Part shown: positions 17,726 through 31,400 of the stretch, one piece after another | Position numbering within the stretch: position 1 is the first letter of the stretch | Layout: each line of letters starts with the position of its first letter | Source of the DNA: Macrostomum hystrix | Lineage: Eukaryota > Animalia > Platyhelminthes | Direction: 5' to 3' | Assembly (NCBI GenBank): GCA_950097015.1 | Contig: CATNEN010000024.1 | Coordinates: 4,030,001 to 4,094,000 of the forward strand | DNA length: 64,000 bases | The notes under the pieces: model-generated | The model's database searches: none | The model's input: the letters and a program-made list of their open reading frames with translations, nothing else | Told to the model about the DNA's origin: nothing | Position numbers and translations under genes: made by a program

Positions 17726-18919
17726 CACCCAGTCCCTCTTTAAGTTTTGACCTTTGCCTGCCCTTTTTGACTATTCTGACAGCCGCTGCAGTGGCCACAT
17801 TTGAGCTTCATCGCAGAGCATTCATAACTCCAGCCCTATTGAGATGGCCAGGCGCATTAATTTAATTATACCTTTAAGTTCGGTCGCCAAGTCCTTGCAG
17901 ACATCAGACAATCTAATGCCCTATTTGTTTACTAATGTCTCTTAACTTTTCCGACAGACAGCTTGTCTGCTTTAACCGCCTCTCACGCGGAGTCTGTCCC
18001 AAATTCTGCTTTCTCCAGCCTTCAATTGCAAAATAGGAAAGAAATTTCATATGCAGCCAAATTGCAAGTTCCGCTTATTAGTGTCTAGAATTTTAGTCTG
18101 ACAATGAGCGCATTCGTTTCACAGCATTTCAGACACAGTGTCTCCGCCAGTGTCTCCGATGGCCAAATGGGGCGCCGATTTTCCAGGATCAGATCAAAAA
18201 CTTGTCCAGCCAAACTGAACGAAATTACAAATTCAGCTTATGCGGGGAAATGCTTCAGAAAAGTGGGCGGGGAAGGCCAAGACAAGGGGCAGAATTATTT
18301 TATTATGACATTGTTGGCATTTTATCTGCTGGTATCCAGCATGCGAACACTAGTCACCGGGCGGGGCTCAGGGAGACGACAAGCTTCAAACTCTGGCACG
18401 TCAAGATGAAATTGTCAGATTAATAAAAAAAACTAAGCGGCAAGCGATTCGGCACGGTTGAAGATTTTTGTTGGGCGCGGAAAATACTAGTTTTCTACAC
18501 GTTGCTGGGCAGTTTCTATGCTAGCCGATGGACCCGCATTGAAGACGGAGAAGATCCAGCAGCGTCTGAGACAATCTGCTTCATGTTTACATTTTACATT
18601 TTGCTTCGCTAAATGGTCAGTTGTGCAGCGCATGGCAATCAACAGTGTCTTGTTCTGCTTATTCAATCTGACATGCGTGCATTGCTCGGATATATTTCAT
18701 GGCGTCTCCAGTTTAGTAGAAACTCAGAGACAACGCAACCGATATGACAAGGAAGGACAGATCCTAGCATGATTCGGCATAACCTAGAAGTGATTAGTTT
18801 GCAGTTTTTCACTTTGACCTCCGCACCGTGCAACCCCAATCAACATACAGCTTTCCCTTTTACCCTACCTCGCTTAGTTCCCTCACTTCTATACTCCACT
18901 TACACAAATTCTCAAAGTC

Positions 18920-19115
18920 TTATCTCTCTCCTGTCTCATCTCTCCCGTGTCTCATCTCTCGCGTGTCTTATCTCTCTCCTGTCTCATCTCTCCCGTGTAT
19001 CATCTCTCGCGTGTCTTATCTCTCTCCTGTCTCATCTCTCCCGTGTATCATCTCTCACCAGTCTCATCTCTCCCCAGTCTCATTTCTCCCCAGTCTCATC
19101 TCTCCCCTGTCTTCT
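18920..19115. repeat. tctcatctctcccgtg minisatellite (same family as the one inside the hAT MITE at 35540)
   Basis: Unit tctcatctctcccgtg with variants. Confidence 0.85.
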
Positions 19116-19524
19116 CTGGAGCAGTGGAATATACACGAACACTGTCAATGCAGTGTAAAAATGAATAAATAAATTATGCTGCATATAAACTCAGTCTAGA
19201 CGGCACAAAACTTCGAATTTAAATGAGTCGCAAGATAGCCGGGATAATCGATTGTGCGAGAGCTATGCTCAGATTGTCTGTCCGAAATGTAGCCCAACTG
19301 AAAAAAAAGCCATTTTGTCGCTCGGGTTTTTATGAGTTTGTTATTTTATTTAGCGTAAGTGAAATCTTCTCGAGTTGGAGAACTACTTGTTAAACAGGCG
19401 AGGACGCCCCGACAGTCAAAAGAGGAAGTTTTAGCACTCCTTCGGTGCACCTGCTTTATTATCCCCTTTTATACTACCTAGAAAAAATCTGATCTTTACA
19501 AAAAAGCTTGTTTTCATACAGAAA

Positions 19525-20295
19525 ACCATACATGCCACCCGAAAATCATACATGCCACCCGAAAATCATACATGCCACCCGAAAATCATACATGCCACCC
19601 GAAAATCATACATGCCACCCGAAAATCATACATGCCACCCGAAAATCATACATGCCACCCGAAAATCATACATGCCACCCGAAAATCATACATGCCACCC
19701 GAAAATCATACATGCCACCCGAAAATCATACATGCCACCCGAAAATCATACATGCCACCCGAAAATCATACATGCCACCCGAAAATCATACATGCCACCC
19801 GAAAATCATACATGCCACCCGAAAATCATACATCCCACCCGAAAATCACGCACGCCACCAAAAAATCACACATGCGCCACCCGAAAATCACACACGCGCC
19901 ACCCGAAAATCACATGCGCCACCCGAATATCACGCGCGCCACCAAGAATCACACACACGCCACCAAGAATCACACACGCGCCACCCGAAAATTACATGCG
20001 CCACCCGAAAATCTCGCACGCCACCCGAAAATCCCGCACGCCACCCGAAAATCAAACACGCCATCCGAAAATCACACATGCCACCAGAAAATCACACATG
20101 TGACTACCGAAAATCACACATGCCACCGAAAATCGCACATGCCACCAGAAAATCGCACATGCCACCAGAAAATCACACACGCAACCCGAATATCACGCAC
20201 GCCACCAAGAATCACACACGCGCCACCCGAAAATCACGCATGCCACCCGAAAATCCCGCACGCCACCCGAAAATTACACATGTGCCGCCCGAAAT
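19525..20295. repeat. 20-bp minisatellite, perfect at the 5' end and degenerate at the 3' end
   Basis: Unit gccacccgaaaatcatacat, identical for about 15 copies up to about 19830, then diverging. Confidence 0.95.
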
Positions 20296-22474
20296 TAATA
20301 GTGACAGTGCGAGATGCTTGATCAAATGCTATATGCCAGTTCTATAGAAAAGTTAGTTTTGCGTTAGAAAAAAAGTTTTGTTTTATTTAGTACTGGTAAA
20401 GCAAGAAAAAATTCGATTTTGAATGGTGCTGCGGCAGCTGCATCTAGAGACTGACTGTGAGACTTCTTTTCGTGTGTCCACGTGCATTAAATTCTGTCCT
20501 GCTTGCCTGCTTCAGCGCGAGGAATAACCCGACTACAGAATAACTGCAGATGAAACAAGAAACACTCACTAAACAGAAATGCTGCCTAATAAGACCACGA
20601 ATGGGGTGGGTGTGGGCTCGTGAAAACAGTGGGAGCAGCTGAAATATTCCCATAAGGGGTTCTGGCGGTGTGTGTGTAAATTTATAGAGAATGATTCGAG
20701 AGAAATGAGCAACAAGACTGGGGGCGGGTGGCGCGGTTCTTGCCGCGGACAATGACCCTGAAGAGTTTTAAGCTAATTTCAGCTGTCTAGATGCGCCGAT
20801 GTCCACACTGTTCATTGAATGCCCAACATAGGCCCACTTTCTATCTACGTATTCGCGTGTATACCCTCATATTTATGTTTGAAATCCCACAGCTACAATT
20901 CCCAACCAGTAGAATCATTTCCCAGTTCCTTTACCTAATCTTAGTTGGCCTAATTGTTAGCTGCAACAAGTAGTTTAAGTAAAAATGGTGGACAAATGCC
21001 TTTTACGTACGATACAGATACAAATTCTTAGTAAGCCGGCAAATATTGATAACTTCTACAATACAGCATCTTCATTTTTACTATAAATGCAAAATAGTTT
21101 TAGAAGTCTACTTTTCGTTTGAAGAAATAACAATTCCTTGTCCAAACGGCAACTGCCATTAGATCCTTTCCGGCTTATTGATTCCACTTTATAATAATAT
21201 AACGCGACAGTTATGATTGCCAAGATTTGCAAGAGAATTTTCAATATTTGTTTCAACACGCACTGCTTACTGCAAGTAGCATCTTGTCCAAATAATTAAT
21301 GAATTTACTTTGCGCTCGACTTTTGAATGTATAATATTTCTTAACAGGCGTTTAAGTCTTGTCAATGAATAAAGAAAGCTGCTTTTTAATGCAGAACACA
21401 AAGTACGCACAAAAATATGTATTTCTATTTAGTTTTTTAATTAAAAAGTGCTGCGCCTGTTAAAAGTATCTTTATAGCCTCAAAATTTAAGTGAATGCAA
21501 AATACTTTAGGGTATTAATATAAAGACTTATTATATTTAAATTTAAATTGCTTTAACACAGAATTTTAATCCGTTAAAGTAAACTAACTTATAATATAAT
21601 ATAATATGATAATATGATAATATAATATGAGAGGTACTTTTGCACGAGTTGATTCCGGAATTCAGATAAATAAAACAAATGAAATACAGGTTGATAAAAC
21701 GAATATTTAATAGCCGGAATAAAGGCACGAAAGATAATTCGATTTTAACCGCCTGCGCGAGTCAAATAATTCAAGAAACGCGCGATATAAGATTGCGTTT
21801 TTATTTAATAAGGCTCTTCAAAAAATAAGCAGTGATTTTTTCGGCTTTTAACTGGGTCTGCTGTCTTGCGTCAATTGGTGACTCCATTTGCTTCGAGGTA
21901 AATATCTTTCTTATTTATGAAGAAATTAAAACTTTTGTATTCAATGCAGTGTCTTTAAATAAAATTTTTAGATATCGATACTGAGTACATTATAAAAATA
22001 TCGCGATAAGTTGTATGAAACATATATATACTTTTTATATACGAAAACTATATCCAGTACATTTCTCTTATAGGACAGCTTAGCAATGTATTTATGCTCC
22101 TTTTAATTATAAGAAACATTATTTTAACTAAAAAGCAAGAACTATCCAATTCACACACACATACACATATATGTACATATATATATAATGCTATAAAAAG
22201 CTTTTGATAAAAGGCGTGTGAACAATAGAGAAAAAAGTTGCTCTAGTAACAGTAAATTTTATAAGTTTTTGTTATGCTTAATTTTTTCAATTTATTTTGA
22301 AATTAGATTCTTGAGCACATAGATCCAAGGGTTTGTTCTAACATAAGCTTGAGTATGCATTCTCTGTAATAATAAAATACTATGTCGTTATGCACTTGCA
22401 GCGCGGAGAGAAAATTTGCGTGGATATATATAAAAAGAAGAAATCTTTATGCCACTTTAAGCGACGACGAAAAA

Positions 22475-25400
22475 ATGTCTGAAGAGTCGTAAGTGAATTA
22501 ACATTTTTACTTGATTTATTTTTTAGTAAAATTTAAGGACAGTTTTGCCTTCAAATTGAGAGACAACCAACATTTCAGAGTTAAAGTGGCAGTCAGAGTC
22601 AGGCCGTTCAATCAGCGCGAAATGGACAGACAAGCCAAGCTAATCATTCAGATGCAGGACAATAACACGGCCATCACAAATCCGGATAGTGAGTTTAAGA
22701 ACACCTCACTTACCAGCTAAATATCAGCGCCTCTACCGACACCTCGTTATCATATATGGTCACCCTGACACCTCACTCCACCCTGACACCTCACTCCACC
22801 CTGACACGTCACTACCAGCAAAATATCAGCGCCTCTACCGACACCTCGTTATCATATATGGTCACCCTGACACCTCACTCCACCCTGACACCTCACTCCA
22901 CCCTGACACCTAACTCCACCCTGACACCTCACTACCAGCCTGACACCTCACTCCACTCTGACACCTCACTTCACCCTGAAACCTCACTCCACTCTGACAC
23001 TTCACAACCACCTTGACACCTCACTACCACCCTGACACCCCGTTGACGTTCCTGACATCTCACTCCCACCCTAAAACCACCACCCTGACTTCTAACCGCG
23101 ACACAGAAGCCTTATCTATTCTCCGCTGACAATTATTTCTATTTGTTAAATTTCGATTTGGCCTTTTAAGATCCAGCCGATGTGAAAACTTTCGCATTCG
23201 ACTTTTCTTATTGGTGAGTTCAAGCTGCCATTCGATACTCATGTTGAAACAAAATGACAGAAAAAAAATATTTTAAATCTGTGCATGTCGCTAAGCCTTA
23301 TCCAATCTCAGGTCGCACGACGGATTCGAGGAGAGGCCAGACGGTGTGCTCGAGCCTGTCTCGCCAGCCTCCAACTATGCCAGTCAGAAGCGGGTGTTCG
23401 GCAATCTTGGCCAGGGCGTCCTTAACAACGCCTTCCTTGGATACAACTGCTCTCTGTTTGCTTACGGCCAAACTGGAGCCGGCAAAAGCTACTCAATGGT
23501 TGGATACGGTAGCAATAGGTGAGTGGCACAGGTGTGTGGTTAGCAACCGGTGAGTATTATGAGACAGGTGTATGGTTAGCAACCAGTGAGTATTATGAGA
23601 CAGGTGTATGGTTAGCAACCAGTGAGTATTATGAGACAGGTGTATGGTTAGCAACCGGTGAGTATTATGAGACAGGTGTATGGTTAGCAACCGGTGAGTA
23701 TTATGAGACAGGTGTATGGTTAGCAACCAGTGAGTATTATGAGACAGGTGTATGGTTAGCAACCAGTGAGTATTATGAGACAGGTGTATGGTTAGCAACC
23801 GGTGAGTATTATGAGACAGGTGTATGGTTAGCAACCGGTGAGTATTATGAGACAGGTGTATGGTTAGCAACCGGTGAGTATTATGAGACAGGTGTATGGT
23901 TAGCAACCAGTGAGTATTATGAGACAGGTGTATGGTTAGCAACCAGTGAGTATTATGAGACAGGTGTGTGGTTAGCAACCGGTGAGTATTATGAGACAGG
24001 TGTATGGTTAGCTATCGGTGAGTATTATGAGACAGGTGTATGGTTAGCAACCGGTGAGTATTATGAGACAGGTGTATGGTTAGCTATCGGTGAGTATTAT
24101 GAGACAGGTGTGTGGTTAGCAACCGGTGAGTATTATGAGACAGGTGTATGGTTAGCTATCGGTGAGTATTATGTAACAGGTGTGTGTGGTTAGCAACCGC
24201 TTTAACAAAAAATAATTTATGCTTAATGGAATTCAGTGAGAATAAAGTTGTTCTATTTTTAAAGCAGAATAAGAAAGTAAGTACAAGTAATTAATTTTTA
24301 TTGCAACACACTTCAGAGGCATTGTTCCAATCACCTGCGACGAGCTGTTTAAGACGATTTCGGAAAATTCGAACAAATCATCACAGGTAACAGGTTAACA
24401 GGTGTTCTGGGTAGCTAACAAGTGTTCTGAGTGGCTATCAGGTGTTCTGAGTGGCTAACAGGTGTTCTAAGTGTCTAACAGGTGTTCTGAGAGGCTAACA
24501 GATGTTCTGAGAGGCTAACAGGTGTTCTGAGTGGCTATCAGGTGTTCTGAGTGGCTATCAGGTGTTCTGAGTGGCTAACAGGTGTTCTGAGTGGCTAACA
24601 GGTGTTCTGAGTGGCTATCAGGTGTTCTGAGTGGCTATCAGGTGTTCTGAGTGGCTATCAGGTGTTCTGAGTGGCTATCAGGTGTTCTGAGTGGCTATCA
24701 GGTGTTCTGAGAGGCTAACAGGTATTCTGAGAGGCTAACAGGTGATCTGAGAGGCTAACAGGTGATCTGAGAGGCTAACAGGTGATCTGAGAGGCTAACA
24801 GGTGTTCTGAGTGGCTATCAGGTGTTCTGAGTGGCTATCAGGTGTTCTGAGTGGCTAACAGGTGTTCTGAGTGGCTATCAGGTGTTCTGAGAGGCTAACA
24901 GGTATTCTGAGAGGCTAACAGGTGATCTGAGAGGCTAACAGGTGATCTGAGAGGCTAACAGGTGATCTGAGAGGCTAACAGGTGTTCTGAGAGGCTAACA
25001 GGTGTTCTGAGTGGCTATCGGGTGTTCTGAGAGGCTAACAGGTGTTCTGAGAGGCTAACAGGTGTTCTGAACAGGTGTTCCTATCTCGCAGATTATACGT
25101 TTAATTTGTTCGACGTATATTTGTGGCCACAGCTCTTATAATCTCCTGTGCACTTTTCCGATAAAAAGGCATTAAGTTCTTTCAGTTTTTTCTTATTCAC
25201 AGCTGGCGTGCTTGATCTATTCCAGCGCATTCGAGTTGCTATGCCAACCAAAATACGCTCTTATCCCCCCAAAAACCCATCCAGCTTCCCTTTTTTGCCA
25301 CTCTGCTGTTTTCAGCAGAAGGATATAGAACTGTTTTTAGTCGACACAACAAGCGGTGCCAGGCTGAGGAAAAGAGGAGGAAAAAGTCCCCACACGCACA

Positions 25401-28400
25401 CACTTATATCCCACAGTTCAGTGGGGATCCCCACACGCACACACATGCTCACACTTATATCCCACAGTTCAGTGGGGATCCCCACACGCACACACATGCT
25501 CACACTTATATCCCACAGTTCCGTGGGGAATTGGAAAGCTGAATTTGCGTTTTTCCCAATCACTTAGCTGTTTTGAGCTGCCTTGGGAATTAATCCTATT
25601 TGGGATTTTGCTTAAGTCTCCGCAAGACACGAAGAAGCGACTGGGAAGCAAAAAAGCTTTCGGAAACAAATTTCCAGAATAACTGGGATAAACCTGTTAG
25701 ATGCTTTCATTTTGGTTTTATAATATCTCCACCCGTTGCTATGACAACGGACACCTAAAACACCAACTGGCAGTGAGTTCAGCTAGCCCGGCGCATTTGT
25801 ATCGATTCCACTAACCACCCGGCTTCGGTTTTTGGGGAAAAGTCTCCCACTTCATCTTCCACATGGGAAGGCTCAGACTCATTCTCTGTAGCAGCAGCAG
25901 CAGCAGCCGCAGCAGCAGCAGCAGCTACAAGTCAGCCCAGCCAGTCCACCCCAACCCCACTCTCGTCTTCAGTCCACAGTCTGAAATCCACCTTGTTTAA
26001 CAACTGCGAAGCGTGCACTATTCTAATGCTAGAGCATGCAGTGGCCTCACTAAAGGAGGCAAACAGTTGGAAACAGATACATAGTTTATTTCTGACCGCA
26101 ATCTACGGCCAGTATTTCAGATTTTTTGTAGCGAGCTTCTCTTAAAGCCAATTCAAATTTCAGTTGGAAGCATTATGTAACGGTATTGTCACTTTAAAAA
26201 GAATAGCTCTTGGACATATACTTGCGATAAAAAGCGTGATAGCAGCAGCGTGATTGTCAGGGAAGTTAAAGTCCAGTTCCGGCACCCATTCCTCAGAGAA
26301 AATCTGAAAAAAATTGAGGAATGAGGAACTGGCAGAGCCACGCCTCAATTTCCGGTCTCCTAGGTTTTGGGAGTACAATCTGATTGATCCCATCAGACAT
26401 GTTTGGACGCAGCGTTCCTTCTGCCCCTAGAGCAGTGTGTGAGGCTTTTTGTTTGCTTTAATGGGAATATTAAAAGTGTACAAATACAAATACAGATTGG
26501 CTGAATCTAGTTTTAATCCGATTGGTTGGATCTTAGCCTCTTCTGATTGGCTGAATCTAGTTTTAATCCGATTGATTTAATCTTAGCCTCTTCTTATTGG
26601 CTAGATCTAGGTTTAATCTGATTGGTTATATATTAGCTTCTGATTGGCTGAATCTAGTTTTAATCCGATTGGTTGGATCTTAGCCTCTTCTGATTGGCTG
26701 GATCTAGGTTTAATCTGATTAGTCTTTTTTCTTGTTTCTTTCTTTTCTTTTTTCTTGTTTCATTAGGCTGGAGTGTTTTTTCGAAGATTCAATGTGTCAG
26801 TGATCTAGGCGAATCGCTTTTTGCATCTTCGGCAATCGATGCCAAAGTTGTACATCTTGTTAATATCTGTATTTCCTGCAGCGCTACGAAGTGACATTCT
26901 CCATGCTGGAGATCTACAACGAAAATGTGCGCGACCTCCTTGGCGACGCGTCAGCGAAAACTGGCCTGCCAATCAGGCAGCACCCCAGCCAGGGTTTCTA
27001 CGTTCACGGTTTGAAACGGGTGCCAGTTGGCAGCTACAGGGAGATTGAGCAGCGTATGGAGCAGGGAACTGCCAACAGGACCGTGGCGGCTACCAACATG
27101 AATGCCACTAGCTCTCGCGCGCACACTGTTGTCACCATCGTCTTCGACCAGATCGCTGGCGGCGGCGGCGCTGGCAGCGGCGGCGAGACCAAAAAGAGCA
27201 GCGTCATGAACCTGGTTGATTTGGCCGGTAACTTCTGATTACCCATCCTAATGAGGAACGATTCCGATTCCCGAATTCCGATTCCCGAATTCCGATTCCC
27301 GAATTCCGATTCCCGAATTCCGATTCCCGAATTCCGATTCCCGAATTCCGATTCCCGAATTCCGATTCCCGAATTCCGATTCCCGAATTCCGATTCCCGA
27401 ATTCCGATTCCCGAATTCCGATTCCCGAATTCCGATTCCCGAATTCCGATTCCCGAATTCCGATTCCCGAATTCCGATTCCCGAATTCCGATTCCCGAAT
27501 TCCGATTCCCGAATTTCGATTCCCGAATTCCGATTCCCGAATTCCGATTCCCGAATTCTGATTCCCGAATTCCGATTCCCGAATTCCGATTCCCGAATTC
27601 CGATTCCCGAATTCCGATTCGCGAATTCCGATTCCCGAATTCCGATTCCCGAATTCCGATTCCCGAATTCCGATTCCCGAATTCTGATTCCCGAATTCCG
27701 ATTCCCGAATTCCGATTCCCGAATTCCGATTCCCGAATTCCGATTCCCGAATTCCAGGCTCAGAGCGGGCTGACAGCACGGGAGCAACTGGTGACAGGTT
27801 GAAAGAGGGCGCCAACATCAACAAATCCCTATCAGCACTTGGCAACGTAATCTCTGCACTTGCCGACCTGTCTATGGGCAAGAAGAAAGTGCTGGTCCCC
27901 TACAGGGACTCAGTGCTCACCAAACTGCTGCAAAATGCTCTCGGTGGAAACAGGTTACTCAGGAACAATATTCTGGACTACTACTTCGCAATCTTACATA
28001 CTGATAGTAGTACATAGCGGATTTTTGTACTTCATTTGCAATATTTTAGCAAAACGGTGATGATAGCCGCTCTATCACCGGCCGACATTAACTATGACGA
28101 AACCCTGAGCACTTTGCGCTATGCAGATCGAGCAAAGAAGATAAAAAACCAGGCCGTTGTCAATGAGAACCCCATGGACAAGCTGCTCAGAGAGCTACAG
28201 GTGAGTTTCCTTATACACCAGGTCCCAGCACTGCCTGTGAATGCCACTGCGAAATGCATGAGAATCGCATGATGGGATACATGCGAATCTCACTGATGAT
28301 ATGCATGAGAATCTCACTGATGATATGCATGAGAATCTCACTGATGATATGCATGAGAATCTCACTGATGATATGCATGAGAATCTCACTGATGATATGC

Positions 28401-31400
28401 ATGAGAATCTCACTGATGATATGCATGAGAATCTCACTGATGATATGCATGAGAATCTCACTGATGATATGCATGAGAATCTCACTGATGATATGCATGA
28501 GAATCTCACTGATGATATGCATGAGAATCTCACTGATGATATGCATGAGAATCTCACTGATGATATGCATGAGAATCTCACTGATGATATGCATGAGAAT
28601 CTCACTGATGATATGCATGAGAATCTCACTGATGATATGCATGAGAATCTCACTGATGATATGCATGAGAATCTCACTGATGATATGCATGAGAATCTCA
28701 CCGAGGAGATACATGAGAATCTCACTGATGATATGCATGAGAATCTCACCGAGGAGATACATGAGAATCTCACTGATGATATGCATGAGAATCTCACCGA
28801 GGAGATACATGAGAATCTCACTGATGATATGCATGAGAATCTCACCGAAGAGATACATGAGAATCTCACTAATGATATGCATGAGAATCTCACTGATAAG
28901 ATGAATGAGAATCTCACTGATAAGATGCATGAGAATCTCACTAATTAGAGGCATGAGAATCTCACTGGTGATAAGAATGAGAATCTGGCTGTTGTGGTGC
29001 TTGATGACTCTGTAGTTACGGTACAGAGAATCTCATTATGATCATTCGCGAATTCTAAATTTCCATTTAGATGGAGAATGAGCGACTAAAGAAGGCGCTG
29101 GATTCTGGGGATCTAAGCAGTGCGGGATTTCCGCAACAGGCGCAGCCGACTGGAATGTCGAAAGCGGGTAATTTTCACAACCCAATTTTGAAGACAGTAA
29201 ATCTTCAGTTAAACATTGTTCAAAAGTCCCGTGGATCATTTAAAATTTACTTTCAGACCTGGAAAAAATGCGTAAGGAAATGGAAGAAGAGATCCGGGCC
29301 CAGCTCATGTCCAATAGCGAGCTTATTCAGCAAAGCAACGCGAACAACTGGGAGGCTAAAGTAAGATAAGAGCTTGCAAATGAGATGCAGCCTAATGTCA
29401 AGCCAATTAGGCCTAAGATCAAGCCAATTATACGATGCCTACGAGTAAGATCCAGCCAATTGGACGAAGCCTTAGATCGAGCCAATTAGACGAAGCCTTA
29501 GATCCAGCCAATTAGACGAAGCCTAAGATCCAGCCAATTATACGAAGCCTAAGATCCAGCCAATTGGACGAAGCCTAAGATCCAGCCAATTGGACGAAGC
29601 CTAAGATCCAGCCAATAAGACGAAGCCTAAGATCCAGTCAATAAGACGAAGCCTAAGATCCAGCCAATAAGACGAAGCCTAAGATCCAGCCAATTATACG
29701 AAGCCTAAGATCCAGCCAATTAGAGGGACCCAATCAGATGAGACAAAGTGACATACGACATAGTTAAATAATAAATCCAACCTTTCCATAATATAATTGC
29801 AGCTGGCTGAAGCTCGGGCCGACCTGGCTACGGTGAGCGAAACGGCTGACAAGAAGTTGCAAACTCCGCACCTGTTAAACCTGAACGAGGACCCGATGCT
29901 CTCCGGTGTGGTGGTTCACTACCTGGAATCGCCCGAGACTCTAATTGGCCGAACTGACGACGAGCAACAGCCGCAAATTCGGCTGATGGGCTTGTCGATA
30001 TCCAAGCGACACGCTATCATCAGCCGGCTGACGGACACGGACTTCGAAATTCGGCCGGCGATTCAGGGCGCCAAGACAAATGTTAACGGACTGCCACTCA
30101 CCGGCGCTTTGGAACTAACGCACAAGGATCGGATTGTGTTTGGTGCGCGAACATTTTTGACTCTATAGATTGACCTTGAACTCTGTCATTGGATATATTT
30201 TGACATTGTATTCAGCCAATCAGTGACTGACCTGGAATTCAGCCAATCAGAGACTGACCCAAAATTCAGCCAATCAGAGACTGACCTAAAACTCTGCCAA
30301 TCAGTGAATGACCTTGAATATAGCCAACGAGAGACTGACCTTGCATTTGACCAATCATAAATTGAAATGAAATTCAACCAATTTCAATTCATAAGCAATT
30401 TTTTCCCTTACTTTGAAAGGTATTCATGCACGCAATTAACCTACCTGAGCGACTCAACTTGCTCCATTACAAATTCCAGGCTCAAATCACGTGTACGTCT
30501 TCATCAATCCAATGAATCCTACCTGCAATGCTAGACTACCAAAGCGCATAGATTGGGACTATGTGCAGAAGGAGATCGCCAATGTCAAAGGCTTCTCAAC
30601 TGGCTCTGCTGGCCTCACTAAGGGCAAGTTAATTTTATGTGCCTTTAATATGCACTACTAACAAATAAAAAGTCAGAGTTTAGTAAAACTTACACAGAAG
30701 CGTACGAATTCCATGTTACAGAGCAAGCAGTGGTGCAAGAACAAATTCTCGAGCTAATACCTTTGGTGACGGAGGTCAACGCAATCTCGGAGGAGTTAAA
30801 CAAGTATCGCTCTTTCGAAGTGATTCTGCTGCCTGTTGTTCGGCCAGACGGTACTAAAGGATCGAGGTAAATCTTATGAAAAATAATAATAATTGCAGGA
30901 GGGCTGCGGGCAATGGCAAATCATTTGGTGACAGTAGAACACAGCCAGCGAGGAGGCAATTCTGCCCATTTCACTGACTCCTGAGCACAGACTCACACAG
31001 GAGTGTACATCTGCCCTGACTTTCTTATCGTCAGACAGTGTACACTCTCACTGTGCCTTGGATGTTGGCCTCAAGGGCGTAAATTGCACGACAAGCCCCC
31101 AAGCCTTCTCTCCGCGGCTGCGCCCCCAAATAAATGTGGCCTCGCTGCGGAATCGAACTAAGGGACCTTTCGATGCAAACAGATGCAAACGCGTCTGCCA
31201 CCGACCTCCCCAGGTTAGCTTAGTAACCAAGGTGTAGGCGGCGCCAGCCGTCACGCGTGCGTGGGGTTGGCGGCGTTCTGCGTCTTTCTCTCTGCCACCT
31301 CTCTACCCGCCTTGGCATGCACGTTAACTGATGTACGGGCTGCGGCTCTAGCCGCCACCCCAGCTCAACTGAGCTGTTATAAAATATACTGAATCGCATT

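Noticed and set aside
21340-21465. 10-bp inverted pair ttaacaggcg / cgcctgttaa
   Set aside because: Too short, and there is no second copy in the window to support a transposon call.
30990-31060. CTGACGA-NNN-GAAA on the minus strand of SINE family 2, resembling a minimal hammerhead ribozyme core
   Set aside because: Present in two copies but lost in the third, and I could not form stem III with a properly placed UH cleavage site. An Infernal search with hammerhead models on the family consensus would settle it.
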